Virus record (IMG/VR): IMGVR_UViG_2660238346_000018
Source: a virus
Taxonomy: Duplodnaviria > Heunggongvirae > Uroviricota > Caudoviricetes
Direction: 5' to 3' (one strand)
DNA: 5,381 bases
Both the position numbers and the translations under genes were made by a program. Shown here one piece after another: positions 4,112 through 5,381 of the stretch. Under the pieces are notes generated by a model. That model had not been told where the DNA came from. It ran no database searches and was given only the letters and a program-made list of their open reading frames with translations. Position 1 is the stretch's first letter, and each line of letters starts with the position of its first letter.

Positions 4112-5381
4112 TTATGATGATGCCCGGCTTTCGTTAACTTTGACTGTGACCGTATCAAGCAGTACAGGATACGTCGCTTTTGCCCCCGTGATATCTGTCA
4201 GCGTCAGCGTATCTGCTGTAAAGCCATCATTTGTCCACATCACAAGGTCAAACGCCGTCTGCTCTGTACCATCAATCACCGGAACGACTCTTTCGCTGTT
4301 ATTTCCCGCAAAGCGGAAAACAACCGTATGCCAGTTATGGTCAAACGCACCAAATGTACCAAGTTGTGCATTCGACGTGCCCTTGTGGTGCATAAGATTC
4401 AGATTTGATGCATCCGTCTGAAGGAAGAATGATGCCAGCATACTGTTTGCTGCCGCGCCTGACGCCCACTGCGACACCGGCCAGTAGAGACCAAAGACAA
4501 ACTGTCCGTTCACCAGTTCGCTTCCATCCGGAATTTTGAACCGTACGGCAATTTCACCCCCCTTGCTGAGAAGATTTTTTGCCTCCTCCACTGCAACAGT
4601 ACGGAACATTTTCCAGGACGTCAGTTTACCGGGCTGTTTTTCCAGTCGCAGCGCTTTCCGTCCACCGTCATCAGTCACAGTGCCTTTGCCACCGGCAGCC
4701 CCCCACTGCTGCTCTGTCCATACACCATTTCCACTGTTCGCATCATATTCAGCCACCGTCCTGGTACTGCTCACGGCCTCATCATGACCAGTACCAGCAA
4801 CACCGCCATCCTGCGGTTTCTCAACACCCGGTACCCCCGGACTGACATCATCACCGGGAGTTGTACCACCCAACTGCGGTGCGCTCTGCCCGGTAAGGAA
4901 CGATAATGTCCGCCCGGCGTACTGCAAAATGGCACCTGCCAGGCGGTCTGAAACAATGCCTCTTCGCGCCCATGAACTGAAGTGCGTTTTACGATCGGCT
5001 GACGTCCAGTTACTGGCAGTGCGTGACGCAGCACCATAGTATCCCGCCGGGATAATGTCCGGATCTTCTGACGGCTCGTTTGTCGGCACATTCACACCAT
5101 GCTCATCCGTCATCAACGGCACAAAGTGAATATTCTGCGCAGCTTTGCCTTTATACCCACCGTAAACCGCCTCATACGGCGCTGCATACCTTTCCTTCCA
5201 GTAGTACGTGGTATCACCGCAAATCCACGGGACGCTGGCCGTTGTCCCGCCAGTACACTGCTCTGCCACATCTGCCAGTTCCGTACGGAACTGATTTACC
5301 ATGGCAAGGAAAAGCGCATTGTGTTCTGCATGTCTCCCCGAACTGACATCTTTTTCTCCCTGCATCCAAATCACTGATAAC
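4112..5381 (-). CDS. nanS-p: NanS-family sialate 9-O-acetylesterase, prophage type, N-terminus beyond the window
   Basis: IWMQGEKD, VPWICGDTTYYWKERY..YEAVYGGY, EPSEDPD, GYYGAASRTASNWTSADRKTHFSSWARRGIVSDRLAGAILQY are collinear with remembered E. coli NanS/YjhS blocks (CWMQGEFD, PWFCGDTTWYWKENF, DEDPD, GYYGSAYRSPENWTTALRSSHFSTAARRGIISDRFVEAILQF). An extra C-terminal domain of about 230 aa follows. The reading frame is open to the window edge; the ORF-track start at 5374 is a GTG artefact. Confidence 0.85.
   Translation of the reverse strand, partial: LSVIWMQGEKDVSSGRHAEHNALFLAMVNQFRTELADVAEQCTGGTTASVPWICGDTTYYWKERYAAPYEAVYGGYKGKAAQNIHFVPLMTDEHGVNVPTNEPSEDPDIIPAGYYGAASRTASNWTSADRKTHFSSWARRGIVSDRLAGAILQYAGRTLSFLTGQSAPQLGGTTPGDDVSPGVPGVEKPQDGGVAGTGHDEAVSSTRTVAEYDANSGNGVWTEQQWGAAGGKGTVTDDGGRKALRLEKQPGKLTSWKMFRTVAVEEAKNLLSKGGEIAVRFKIPDGSELVNGQFVFGLYWPVSQWASGAAANSMLASFFLQTDASNLNLMHHKGTSNAQLGTFGAFDHNWHTVVFRFAGNNSERVVPVIDGTEQTAFDLVMWTNDGFTADTLTLTDITGAKATYPVLLDTVTVKVNESRASS

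Noticed and set aside
3987-5377. Plus-strand ORFs 3987..4421, 4536..4787, 4579..4845, 5080..5346, 5099..5377 and minus-strand ORF 4771..5091
   Set aside because: All lie within the NanS-family esterase gene in antisense or alternative frames; their Pro/His/Ser/Arg-rich translations are typical of non-coding frames of a GC-rich gene.
1-5381. CRISPR arrays, tRNA or rRNA genes, insertion sequences or integrase/att sites
   Set aside because: No regularly spaced direct repeats, no tRNA-like conserved arms, no terminal inverted repeats flanking a transposase-sized ORF and no integrase-like ORF were seen.

Overview
This window is the late-region lysis neighbourhood of a lambdoid, probably Stx-phage-like, enterobacterial prophage, almost entirely encoded on the minus strand. 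Reading 5'->3' on the minus strand (high to low coordinates): the C-terminal two thirds of a NanS-family sialate O-acetylesterase (cut by the window edge), two small function-unknown genes, a phage-21-type pinholin with dual start codons, a 169-aa function-unknown gene coupled to the pinholin stop, a convergent plus-strand 86-aa gene with its own RBS and terminator, a SAR endolysin, a terminator-like hairpin, two small predicted membrane-protein ORFs, Rz with Rz1 nested inside it, a 74-aa gene with a strong RBS, and a short lipoprotein with a TonB C-terminal-like motif. The most interesting feature is an AT-rich cargo module of about 830 bp between pinholin and endolysin, which are adjacent in phage 21. 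Second is the pair of small membrane ORFs between endolysin and Rz. All protein identifications rest on reading the six-frame translations against remembered family sequences; no database search was run and no promoter could be called with confidence.
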